Positions 47,909-56,636 of a stretch of DNA of 64,000 nucleotides are shown one piece after another; position 1 is the stretch's first letter, and each line of letters begins with the position of its first letter. The position numbers were made by a program, and so were the translations under genes. The notes under the pieces were generated by a model that saw nothing but the letters and a program-made list of their open reading frames with translations, did no database searches and had not been told where the DNA came from. This stretch comes from an uncultured Acidobacteriota bacterium (GTDB lineage Bacteria; Acidobacteriota; Vicinamibacteria; Vicinamibacterales; Fen-181): the NCBI GenBank assembly GCA_963701315.1, contig OY969603.1:2154454-2218453 (forward strand), written 5' to 3'.

Positions 47909-48170
47909 GGCGTCGCCCGGCCGAATTGTCCGGCCGTCTGGCCGCGCTTCCGCCGTCGCTCGCCGTGCTCGAGATCACGTCCGTCGCGCTGGTCGCTCCG
48001 GGGCACATCACTCCCGGGCGCCATCTCGCTGACCGGCCAGGCGGGCGTGGGAGGTGACCGGCACGCGCGTGTCGGTCCCAACCCTCCGGTCCATCGACAC
48101 CGACCTGGAAGCCTCAAGGCGCTGACGGCCTAGCGATCGTTCCAACCGTACCGCTGACGACTCCAGGAGA

Positions 48171-48635
48171 GTGATCATGTTCAGAAGCAACGCCGTGCGG
48201 AGTTGCGCAGAGCTTCACGAGATCGAACTCAACCGGTTCTTCGAGACCTGGAAGGTGTTCCGAGATTCGGGCATCGCGCTGCCTGCCACGACCGACCCTG
48301 CCTACGCGTCGGTCGACGATCTCTGCGGCCACGTCCTCCGGAGCGCACGCAACTACCTGACCTGGATCGGCGAGTGCGTCAGGCGACCCGTGACCGATCT
48401 CGACCTGGACGACAACCGGCTGAGCGTCGCGCGCAAGGGCCGCACGTTTCTCGATGAAGTCTCCGCGGCCTGGCGCCGCCATCTCGCGGTGCTGGAGGAC
48501 GCTGAGCTCGCCCCCGCAGTCTATAAATCCCGTTGGGGAGAGGACTACAACGTCGAACAGATGCTGGAACACGCCGTCGTGCATCCGATGAGGCACCGGA
48601 TCCAGCTGGAGCGGCTGATGGCGTCGCGCACGTAG
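48171..48635 (+). CDS. DinB-family (DinB_2/YfiT-like) four-helix-bundle protein
   Basis: 154 aa, HVLRSARNYLTWI ... MLEHAVVHPMRHRIQLERL, with the His triad pattern typical of the DinB superfamily. Confidence 0.75.
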   Translation: MIMFRSNAVRSCAELHEIELNRFFETWKVFRDSGIALPATTDPAYASVDDLCGHVLRSARNYLTWIGECVRRPVTDLDLDDNRLSVARKGRTFLDEVSAAWRRHLAVLEDAELAPAVYKSRWGEDYNVEQMLEHAVVHPMRHRIQLERLMASRT

Positions 48636-48849
48636 CACGCCGCCACCAGTTGTGGCGCCCATCCGGACGGCGGCGCCAGGCGGTGCGACCCCCCGGAGGA
48701 TCAGACGGGACGGCGACTTCGTGGCCGCTGTCCGCGGCCCCCGTCCCAGATGGCCCGGGTCGGTTCGCGGTTCTCGTCGTCATCCGATGGACGGCCAACG
48801 GACGGAGGGCTGGAGAGGCGGCCCGCGCCCGGCGATCCGTCGGCCTTGG

Positions 48850-51069
48850 CTATCGCAGCGACGCGATCTCGATGACCCGGACCGTGTTCGGGGCCATCGT
48901 CTCCGTCCGCCTGATCGTCCGGCCCTCCCGGCCGAGGGGCAATGTCTTTCCCGGCAGAATCTCGGTCAACTGGAAGCCGTCGGCCGCCAGGCCGTATCGG
49001 GCCGGGTCGAGTACGTAGGAGAAGGGGACCTCCTTGTCCGTATAGTTGACCAGGAACAACGCCAGGTGGCTGTCTTCCGACTGCCACAGCCGGGCTTCCA
49101 CCGACGGGACCTGGCCCCTGTGCAGCCCCCCCTCCTGGAACTCCTCCTCGAACAGGGGCACGGGAGTGGTCGGCGCGATCGGTCCCCACAGGCGTCCGAA
49201 CGTGTGGAACTTCTGGCTGGCCATCCTCAGCTGCGCACACTGGCGGAGGAACTCCACCTTGGCCGCGAACTGCGGCCGGCGGAACAGATCGAAATCCATC
49301 CAGCCGACCTGCTTGCCGTCGATGAAACCCTGGCCCACGGCGAAGTTGAAGAGCCGGTCGCTCTTGCGGAAGTCGCAGACGCTGCCGTAGAACAGCGTGT
49401 ACCCGGCGTAGACGACCTCCTGCAGGGGAATCTCCTCGTCGGTTGGCCTTCCGGTGTAGAGATTGGCCGAGACCTGGTCGAAGAAGATCTCGTTGGCCGC
49501 CTCCGACGTGACCACGACCTCCCTGCCTCGGCGCTGGGCCACATCGAGGATCGTCCGGTAGAAATCCCGCCAGCCATCGGCCCAGTAGCGACCGCCGCCC
49601 AAGGGGTGCAGGTGGTTCTTGTTGAAGCAGAGCTCGTGGGAGTTGCAGGACACTTCGTCGATATAGATACCGTTGGCGCCATACTCGCCGACCAGGGTAT
49701 CGACCAGCCCGGCGATCGTGTAGTGCCAGGGAACCTGGCTCGGGCACATGGGGGTGAGCCGGCCCGCGCCGTCCCAGTAGAACTTCTGCCGCAGGCCGCC
49801 CTGTTCGTCCTTGATGGCGTAGGGGTCGAACGTGTCCCAGTCCGCAATCTTGCTGTCGGCGCTCAGGCCGTTGATGTAGGGCACGATCACGGCGCCCGCG
49901 TCGACGAGTTCCTTGATCCGTTCCTTGAAGCGCGGCAGGGGCGGCAGGAAGTGGGGGTAGTTGTTGTCGAACAGGGTCTCGTGCCATCCGTACCACTGGA
50001 AGGCGATGGGCACGCCCATCTTCTTCAGCGCGTCGAGAAACGGCAGGTCCATCTCGTGCGGGTCCCGATTGTCTCGCGTCCAGGTCCTGGGGTCGCCGGT
50101 GTTCTTGTCCACGTCGGGCGGGAGGTCCCAGACCCACGTGTCGCGGATCCACAGCCCGACATTGAGCGCGGCCTTGGGAAAGTCCGGCCGCTGCGAGAGA
50201 GGACCCTTCTGCGTCCAGATCTGTTTGAGGGCCCAGGGCCGGTAGCGGTACGCGGCGTCCAGCCACCCGCCCTGGTAGGGCCCGAAGGCGACCGCGTAGT
50301 GATCCGGGAGATTTGAGCCGGTGACGCCCATGTTCTCCGGATAGCGGATCAGGGCCAGGGTCTTCTTCCCCGCGTCTGCCGAAAAGTCCTTGGCCCGGGA
50401 TTCGCCGTCCTGGCTGGCGAAATACACGCCGTTCGTGCCGGCGCTGAGCGACATGAACTGCATGGGGAAGAACCCGGAGGGCGAGCGGGTCCTGAACGCC
50501 CCCTTCCAGTTCTTCATCAGGCGCCCCCCGGCGCCCGTCACCGGTAGAGCGACGTCATAGGCGCCCTCCGCCGGGAACCCGTTGACCGAGGGGCAGGCCA
50601 CCTCCCACAGGCCCCAGTAATTGGACAGGTTCTTGACGAAGATTCTCCAGAGGGCCACCCCGTCCCCGTGCGGCAGTTCGACGCTGACCTGGACGGTGAC
50701 GATGCCGTCCTCTTCCCAGAACCGCAGGTTGTTCCACTGCAGCACGGCGATCTGGTCGCCGTTGGGTCTTCGCAGCAGCTTGATGTAGTCGCAGGGCTTG
50801 GAGTTGTTGTCGATCTTGGGCCGCATGACGCCTTTGCCGAACGTCACCTCCCACAGCAGGTGCCTCCCTCCGACGTCCTTGATGTGGTTGAACCCGGTCC
50901 GACGGTCGATCAGGCCGGCCAATCCCATGCCGCGGGGCTCGAAGACGTACTGGGCGTACTCGTTCTGCAGCGTGAAGCCCTTCTCGGGGTCGATCACGGT
51001 CTGCGCGGACAGCGCCGCAGGCGCGGCGCCGACAAGAACAAGAGAAAGCAGCAGCACCGCTCGCTTCAT
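48850..51069 (-). CDS. secreted hypothetical protein, possibly glycoside-hydrolase-like (function uncertain)
   Basis: 739 aa. Signal peptide MKRAVLLLSLVLVGAAPAALSAQ, Trp/Tyr-rich, WYGWHETLFDNNYPHF and GIYIDEVSCNS. No defined family motif was recognised with confidence. Confidence 0.6.
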   Translation of the reverse strand: MKRAVLLLSLVLVGAAPAALSAQTVIDPEKGFTLQNEYAQYVFEPRGMGLAGLIDRRTGFNHIKDVGGRHLLWEVTFGKGVMRPKIDNNSKPCDYIKLLRRPNGDQIAVLQWNNLRFWEEDGIVTVQVSVELPHGDGVALWRIFVKNLSNYWGLWEVACPSVNGFPAEGAYDVALPVTGAGGRLMKNWKGAFRTRSPSGFFPMQFMSLSAGTNGVYFASQDGESRAKDFSADAGKKTLALIRYPENMGVTGSNLPDHYAVAFGPYQGGWLDAAYRYRPWALKQIWTQKGPLSQRPDFPKAALNVGLWIRDTWVWDLPPDVDKNTGDPRTWTRDNRDPHEMDLPFLDALKKMGVPIAFQWYGWHETLFDNNYPHFLPPLPRFKERIKELVDAGAVIVPYINGLSADSKIADWDTFDPYAIKDEQGGLRQKFYWDGAGRLTPMCPSQVPWHYTIAGLVDTLVGEYGANGIYIDEVSCNSHELCFNKNHLHPLGGGRYWADGWRDFYRTILDVAQRRGREVVVTSEAANEIFFDQVSANLYTGRPTDEEIPLQEVVYAGYTLFYGSVCDFRKSDRLFNFAVGQGFIDGKQVGWMDFDLFRRPQFAAKVEFLRQCAQLRMASQKFHTFGRLWGPIAPTTPVPLFEEEFQEGGLHRGQVPSVEARLWQSEDSHLALFLVNYTDKEVPFSYVLDPARYGLAADGFQLTEILPGKTLPLGREGRTIRRTETMAPNTVRVIEIASLR

Positions 51070-51269
51070 TGGGCCTTCCTTACCTTCGCGTTGTCAGATC
51101 GTTCATACGGGCCGTGTGAGCTCCGATCGGTCATCCATCGCCACGCGGGCACGACCCCGACCGTCAGACCGTCCACCACGAGGCGGTCGGCCGGGTGCAG
51201 AGTGATGACCAGCCCCCGGCGGCGGCCCGGGCCGCCGCCGGCGGACGCTCGCGTGCCGCCCGCCCCCGA

Positions 51270-52496
51270 CTACTCCCAGGGAAACAGCAGGTAGAGATGC
51301 GCCAGGCGGCCGGTCTCCCCGATGAAGAGGGTCCCGTCGGGTCCCGCGATCATCGACTCGGCCTCGTAGGCCAGCCAGGCGTAGTACGGCGTCCGGTTGA
51401 CGTGGAGCATGCCCGCGCTTTCGAACGACCCCGTCCGCATTCGGTACACGAACACGCGGGCAGACCCGCCCGGCTCGCCACCGACTCCCCAGAGGTCGCC
51501 GTCCTGGCTGAAGGCCAGCCCACGAATCCGCTGCTGCCAGACGGGCTTCCCCAGGTTCTGGATCACCATCGTCTCGGGATCGAAGCGGAAGATGAAGCCA
51601 TCGGACGTCCCGCCGTAGATCATTCCGTCCCGGTTCAGCACCATGGCGTCGACGATGGCCTTGTATTCCCGCCCCATCTCGGCCGGGATGCGGCGATCAC
51701 GATGTTGGGTGAGGACCCCCGTTCCGGGTGAGTAGTCGAACAGTGCGCCGTAGTCGCCCGTTCCCCAGACCCGGCCCTTCGCGTCGAGCACGAGGGCCCG
51801 CGGGATGCTGCGGAATGGTTCCTCGTTGAGAGGGGCCCCGCACACCGGCCCTTTGTCCACCGTCTTCCCGGTCGCGAGGTCCATGACGAAGAAATGTCCG
51901 CCGGGAAAGGTCATGCCGTAGAGCGCCCCGTGCCCGTAGATCAGCGACACGACGCTTTCGCCGGCGATCACCACGCCGAGGTCCGTGGCGAACGGGAGAG
52001 GCCGGGACGGGTCGGGCGTCTGCATCCGCTGGCGGCTCTGGAGTTCCTTCCCGGGCTCGAAGCGAAAGATGTGTCCGCCGGGATAGCCCTTGTAGCGCGC
52101 CAGGACATCCTTCCCCCGTTCGTCAATCCGGCCCTGGTTCAGGAGCGACGTGCCGACGTAGATCGACCCGTCGGGCGTCGCGGCTAGTGCGTGGAAGATG
52201 CTCTCCTGGCCGGGCAGATAGCCGAGCGGAAACACGTGGCCCCACTTCGGGTCGAGGACGAAGAGGTGGGCCCGTTTTCCGGACGTCCCTCCGTAGAGGT
52301 TGCCGTCGGCGCCAACGACCAGGGAGGTGATCGCGGACTCGCCGGGCGGGATCACGTCCAGGGGCGGGTGGCCCAGCTCCCGCAGATCCAGCCGCAGCGG
52401 GGCGGCCGAGTACAGCGTCGTTTCCTGGGCCGCCAGTCCGCCCGGGGCGAGGGTCAGGAGGACGATCGCTAGCGTGATGCTCGTTCTCGTATTCAT
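51270..52496 (-). CDS. secreted beta-propeller repeat protein
   Basis: 408 aa with a signal peptide. Recurring DG.LYGGTS / DGSIYVGTS / DGMIYGGTSDG / DGTLFIGETG blades. Confidence 0.6.
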   Translation of the reverse strand: MNTRTSITLAIVLLTLAPGGLAAQETTLYSAAPLRLDLRELGHPPLDVIPPGESAITSLVVGADGNLYGGTSGKRAHLFVLDPKWGHVFPLGYLPGQESIFHALAATPDGSIYVGTSLLNQGRIDERGKDVLARYKGYPGGHIFRFEPGKELQSRQRMQTPDPSRPLPFATDLGVVIAGESVVSLIYGHGALYGMTFPGGHFFVMDLATGKTVDKGPVCGAPLNEEPFRSIPRALVLDAKGRVWGTGDYGALFDYSPGTGVLTQHRDRRIPAEMGREYKAIVDAMVLNRDGMIYGGTSDGFIFRFDPETMVIQNLGKPVWQQRIRGLAFSQDGDLWGVGGEPGGSARVFVYRMRTGSFESAGMLHVNRTPYYAWLAYEAESMIAGPDGTLFIGETGRLAHLYLLFPWE

Positions 52497-52510
52497 AACC
52501 GTCCTCCTCT

Positions 52511-53872
52511 TCAGCGGTTCTTGTCGGGCCGGTAGATCAGGAGTCTCAGGGTGTAGGTCCGGCCATCGTGCATCGACTTCTTGCTGTCGGTCTCCTTCTC
52601 GAGGACAAGATCGGCCGGAAGGCCCGAGACGCTCCGTCCCTTCCCCTCCGGCTCCAGGACGTGGGCCACGAAGTAGATGGTCCCGTCGGGCGCGGCGCTG
52701 GCCGCGTTGGGATGGACCGCCGTCAGGCCGCCCTCCACCTGGATCAACCCCCGGTCCTCCCGCCGGCCGGTCTTGAGGTCGTAGGTCACGAGCTCGGCGG
52801 CCATCCCGCCTCCCCAGTAGGGCGTGACGTCTTCGGACCCGGCCGCCGAGTTGGTGGCGTAGTAGAGGACATTGTCCGGGCCCCGGCAGAACGAGATCAT
52901 GGCGTAAGGAACGTCGCGCCTTCCAAGGTACCGATCGGCCGCGAGCTGGGCGAGCAGCTTCATCTCGCCTTCAGGCCCTTTGTGCGGGTCGTATTCGACC
53001 AGGTACGAGCTACCCGTCTCCAGGAAGTAGATCTTCCTGCGGTCAGGCGATACGGCGACGGCAGTGAACGTCTGCTCGGTCTCCCAATATGCCCGGTGGA
53101 CAGGGACGCCAACCTCCCGTTGGGGGAGCTGGACCTGGAGGTTCTCGATCGCGTCCTTCTCCGGGTCGTAGCGGTAGAGCCGGCCGCGGCCCCAGCAGCC
53201 ATAGACTCGGCCGAGGTCGTCCACGACGAGGGTCCGGCCGACGGCGTCCCAGTTCTGGACTTGGCCCATGTCGGTCGTCTTCCCGGTTCCCAGGTCGAAG
53301 TAGAGGAAGTGGGCCTGGGGATAGGTCACCGCGTAGAGCCGGCCCCGCTTCGGATCCATGGTCATCGTCAGCAGCCCGTTCCCTTTCAGAGCGATACCCA
53401 GGTCGGTGACGGCGTCGGTCTTGGGGTCGTAGACCATCCAGTGGCCGCCGGGGTAGGCGTCGGGACTGGGGAAGGTCGCGAACCCGTAGAACGCCGAGAG
53501 GTGGGTCCCGAAATAGATCTTCCCGTCAGGCCCCTCGGAGATCTGGGAGTGGACCTTGGCCTGGGGTTCGACGGCCAGGTTGGTCTGGCCGGTGATGCGG
53601 TTCATGTCGCCCAGGAGCCTCATCGTGTCGGTCTTGGGATCGTAGACGGCGACCGAGGCCCCGGCGCCGTGGTAGTTCAGGCCGACGTAGACCCGGCCGT
53701 CCGAGGCGACGAGGCAGGCCGTGTAGTTCGAGTCCCAGACCATGGGGTTCGGGAAGGTTCGCGACTCGAGCCGGACTACCTTCGGTTCGGCTCCCGACGC
53801 CGTGCCCACGAACGCCAGACCGGCCAGGAACAAGCCGAGCCCGACTGGGCGGAGGATCGATTGAACGTCCAT
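52511..53872 (-). CDS. secreted beta-propeller repeat protein (distant paralogue of the previous gene)
   Basis: 453 aa from MDVQSILRPVGLGLFLAGLAFVG. Blades DGRVYVGL, DGKIYFGTH, RLYAVTY, RVYGCWG and DGTIYFVAH. Confidence 0.6.
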   Translation of the reverse strand: MDVQSILRPVGLGLFLAGLAFVGTASGAEPKVVRLESRTFPNPMVWDSNYTACLVASDGRVYVGLNYHGAGASVAVYDPKTDTMRLLGDMNRITGQTNLAVEPQAKVHSQISEGPDGKIYFGTHLSAFYGFATFPSPDAYPGGHWMVYDPKTDAVTDLGIALKGNGLLTMTMDPKRGRLYAVTYPQAHFLYFDLGTGKTTDMGQVQNWDAVGRTLVVDDLGRVYGCWGRGRLYRYDPEKDAIENLQVQLPQREVGVPVHRAYWETEQTFTAVAVSPDRRKIYFLETGSSYLVEYDPHKGPEGEMKLLAQLAADRYLGRRDVPYAMISFCRGPDNVLYYATNSAAGSEDVTPYWGGGMAAELVTYDLKTGRREDRGLIQVEGGLTAVHPNAASAAPDGTIYFVAHVLEPEGKGRSVSGLPADLVLEKETDSKKSMHDGRTYTLRLLIYRPDKNR

Positions 53873-54440
53873 GGTGTGTGTCCTTCTACTCTCGAAGAGC
53901 CTCGGGGGGCGGGTCAAAACCGGCCAGTTGTGGACGTGTGAACACCGGCCACCACAGCAGCGGCGGCCGAGACCAGTGAGATCTACTTCAAAGACGGCCT
54001 GACACGCAAATCCGCCGCAGGTGCTCGCCGCTCCTGTCCTTCCCGGGACGATGAAAGCCGGAGAAGCCACGAGGAAGACGCGGGAGCGTCTTCCAACGCG
54101 CGGCAGGCGGCGGTCTGGGCTGTCCACGGCGCGGGCAGCTTCCATCGGCCGTGGCACGGCCCCTCATTTCTCTCTCTCCTCGGCCCACAAATCCGCGTGC
54201 GCCTTTGTCCGCCAGACCGTCGTGCCGACGACCGCCCTGTTGACCTCGTCCACCGGGTCGAGAAGCCGGCGCGATCGCTCGAACAAGCGCTAGATTCGAT
54301 CCGCCAGTCATTTGATGGGTGGACGGGAAGGTGAACAGGACCTCGAGGTTCGCGGCTGGGGCCAGGCAGCTCCGGACCGGTTCACCTGATGGAGCCGGCT
54401 TCGCGTTTTCTGCTATGGTACGGAGACAGGAGTTACGCGA

Positions 54441-54650
54441 ATGAAGCAGTTCACCGCCGTCGTCGAGCGCGACTCGGACACCGGCCTGTACGTCGGATAC
54501 GTGCCTGGAATGCCTGGCGCCCACAGCCAGGCTGAAACCCTCGATGAGCTCAACGCCAACCTGCGTGAAGTCGTCGCGATGCTGCTCGAAGATGGCGACC
54601 AGGTACCCGAAGCGGAATTCGTCGGCATTCAGACGGTCCGAGTAGCGTGA
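54441..54650 (+). CDS. hicB: HicB-family antitoxin (N-terminal UPF0150 domain only)
   Basis: [45 protein letters not shown]; 69 aa. Confidence 0.8.
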   Translation: MKQFTAVVERDSDTGLYVGYVPGMPGAHSQAETLDELNANLREVVAMLLEDGDQVPEAEFVGIQTVRVA

Positions 54651-54877
54651 CCGTGACGAAACCGCCTGTTCTCAAGCCTCGTGAAGTTGTCGCGCTGCTC
54701 GAGCGGGCAGGTTTCTCCGAGGTCCGCCAGCGCGGTTCCCACAAGCAGTTCCGCCATCCCGACGGCCGCGTCACCACCGTTCCGTTCCATCCGGGGCGCG
54801 ACATCTCTCCGACACTGCTTCGCCAGATTGCGCGAGACATTGGGCTCTCGGTGGACGAGTTGCTGACCGGGTCGTAG
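54647..54877 (+). CDS. hicA: HicA-family mRNA interferase toxin
   Basis: [58 protein letters not shown]. The GTG start overlaps the hicB stop (GTGA). Confidence 0.85.
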   Translation: MTVTKPPVLKPREVVALLERAGFSEVRQRGSHKQFRHPDGRVTTVPFHPGRDISPTLLRQIARDIGLSVDELLTGS

Positions 54878-55674
54878 CGCTGTCAGCCGCCGAGCGGCCC
54901 GGCTGTGCCACCGCCGAAGTGGCCGTCCTCGATCGAGCGCGGCGCATGTGCGCACGCCCGTTCCCACCCCGTCAACCTGGCCCTTTGGCGGACGGCCGTC
55001 AGGAGGTGCTGGCTCACTTTCGCGCCCGCAAACGCGTCGAACGGCGACAGTTCCGGGCTTCACCGACGCGGAACGCGAGCAACTCCGACACGACCTGGCG
55101 CGGTTCGCCAGCCCGGCCTATCAGCAGCGGTACGAGCAGTGGTGCCTCCACAGAGACGAGGCGCCCCCACCTGAGCCGCTGTCGGCGCACGGCCGCGGCG
55201 TGGGCGCGGACGTGCGATTCGTCCCGTTCGTGCTGGAGCAGCGGTACCCGTTTGTCGGCCGCGCGCAGGACGCCGCGTGAGGCGCTTGGTCGTCCCGTCG
55301 CGGCAGCCGAACCGGCGGGGGTGGACCCGAGCGCTCCGCCGGCGCCGTCCCGGCTGCCTCAGCCGTACGTCCAGCGACTCGTCGTTCGTGGTGCGGGCCG
55401 CGTCATGTGCGGCCCGATTCTCCTCACCGCGGTGGTCTCCCAGCCCAGAACCGTCCCGGGTGGGGCGAGGGGCACCGGGCTCGTGGCAATCGTGGCGTCG
55501 TCACGGCTGACCAAGTCCAGTCAATTCGACGGCCGTGTGTCCGTGTCCGGGCTTGCGAATTGGCCCAGAGCATGTGGAAGCTGCCGAAGCTGCGGAGGCA
55601 GAGAACGCCCCCACAGCTTCTTGGGAATCCGGATGGATCCTTGCCGGATCCCCACGAGCTTCCACCTGCATTCA

Positions 55675-56109
55675 TCATGGTTTCCGGTTCGGGGCACTGA
55701 TTCCTGGGCAAGGGATTTCGGAACCGATTATCCGGCTCGCCCGTCCCCATCGTCTTGACACCCAGACGAGCACAGCTCCAATCAGCTGAGGGATGGCCTC
55801 GGCGGAGGGATCCTGGAGATCGCCGCCCATCACGATCACGCCGTGCCCGGTGGCGGCGTGATCGAGGGCAGCGCTGATTGCCGCCTGGTGCCCGAAGTCA
55901 CGCGAGAGGGAGATGACGAGGAGGCGCGGATCCAGAGCCGTGGCGCGGCGGAGCAACGCAGGCGATCGGTCGGAGCTTCCGCCATCAACGAAGACCATTT
56001 CGTGAGGACCGCCCAGCAGGCAGTCGATGACATCGCGGACTCGAGACAGGGGTGCCGGCAGCACGCTCTCTTCGTTGTAGAGGGGAACGGCAAGCGATAC
56101 TCGGGTCAT
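55675..56109 (-). pseudogene. 3'-truncated family-2 glycosyltransferase (DPM1/ArnC-like) remnant
   Basis: VSLAVPLYNEESVL...MVFVDGGSSDRSPALL...ISLSRDFGHQAAISAALDHA...GGDLQDP matches the first 110 or so residues of GT2 enzymes. Similarity is then lost in all frames. Confidence 0.65.
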
Positions 56110-56425
56110 GGTGTCTCCGAACCTGGAGAGACATACGACGCGTGCCGCGAGTGCTGGTCACCGTTCCGCAGGCTCGCCAAGCTTGCCTTGGACGGAGCCT
56201 TTGAGTTCTCCGTGGCGGCCGCCGCTCCATGAATGTGTCGGACCTCGCATTTCCGCTCGAAGAGGGTGCGGTGCAACCCGACGCGCATCGATAGTTGGTC
56301 GCTCACCAGTGTCCGGCAGCACCTCGTCGCTCGCGGCTACATCCCTAATACATCCCCGATGCGAGGACCAGACAGGGAACCTCAGCAGCGTAGCGCGATA
56401 TGTGCTTGATCTAATTGGCCTTATC

Positions 56426-56471
56426 TGGTGAGCCGGGTGGGGATCGAACCCACGACCACCGCATTAAAAGT
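56426..56471 (-). other. 3' half of a tRNA-Lys(UUU) gene (anticodon loop to CCA) without a 5' half; candidate attachment-site copy
   Basis: The minus strand reads A-CTTTTAA-TGCGG-TGGTC-GTGGG-TTCGATC-CCCAC-CCGGCTC-A-CCA. The 45 nt upstream cannot form an acceptor, D or anticodon stem. Confidence 0.7.
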
Positions 56472-56563
56472 CCCTCCGGCCGGTGTGAGACGTGCATCGT
56501 CGTGCTCACACTAACTGCCTATTGCATCATTGTATTCAGTGAGTTACACTTGGACCATGTTCT

Positions 56564-56623
56564 CTGGTGGTGCAGCGAGTAAGCACGTCTTGCACCACCA
56601 GTGCACCACCAGTGCACCACCAG
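56564..56623 (+). repeat. four copies of the 11-bp motif TGCACCACCAG (one inverted, three exact tandem) between the tRNA fragment and the integrase start
   Basis: CTGGTGGTGCA at 56564-56574 (inverted copy). TGCACCACCAG x3 runs head-to-tail at 56591-56623, ending 13 nt before the integrase ATG. Confidence 0.8.
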
Positions 56624-56636
56624 AAATGGAGCGGCC

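Noticed and set aside
56472-56510. Attempt to complete the tRNA-Lys into a full gene
   Set aside because: GAGCACG gives two mismatches with the 3' acceptor strand. No D-arm consensus is present. AGGGA cannot pair with TGCGG in the anticodon stem. I therefore treat it as a fragment and not as a tRNA gene.
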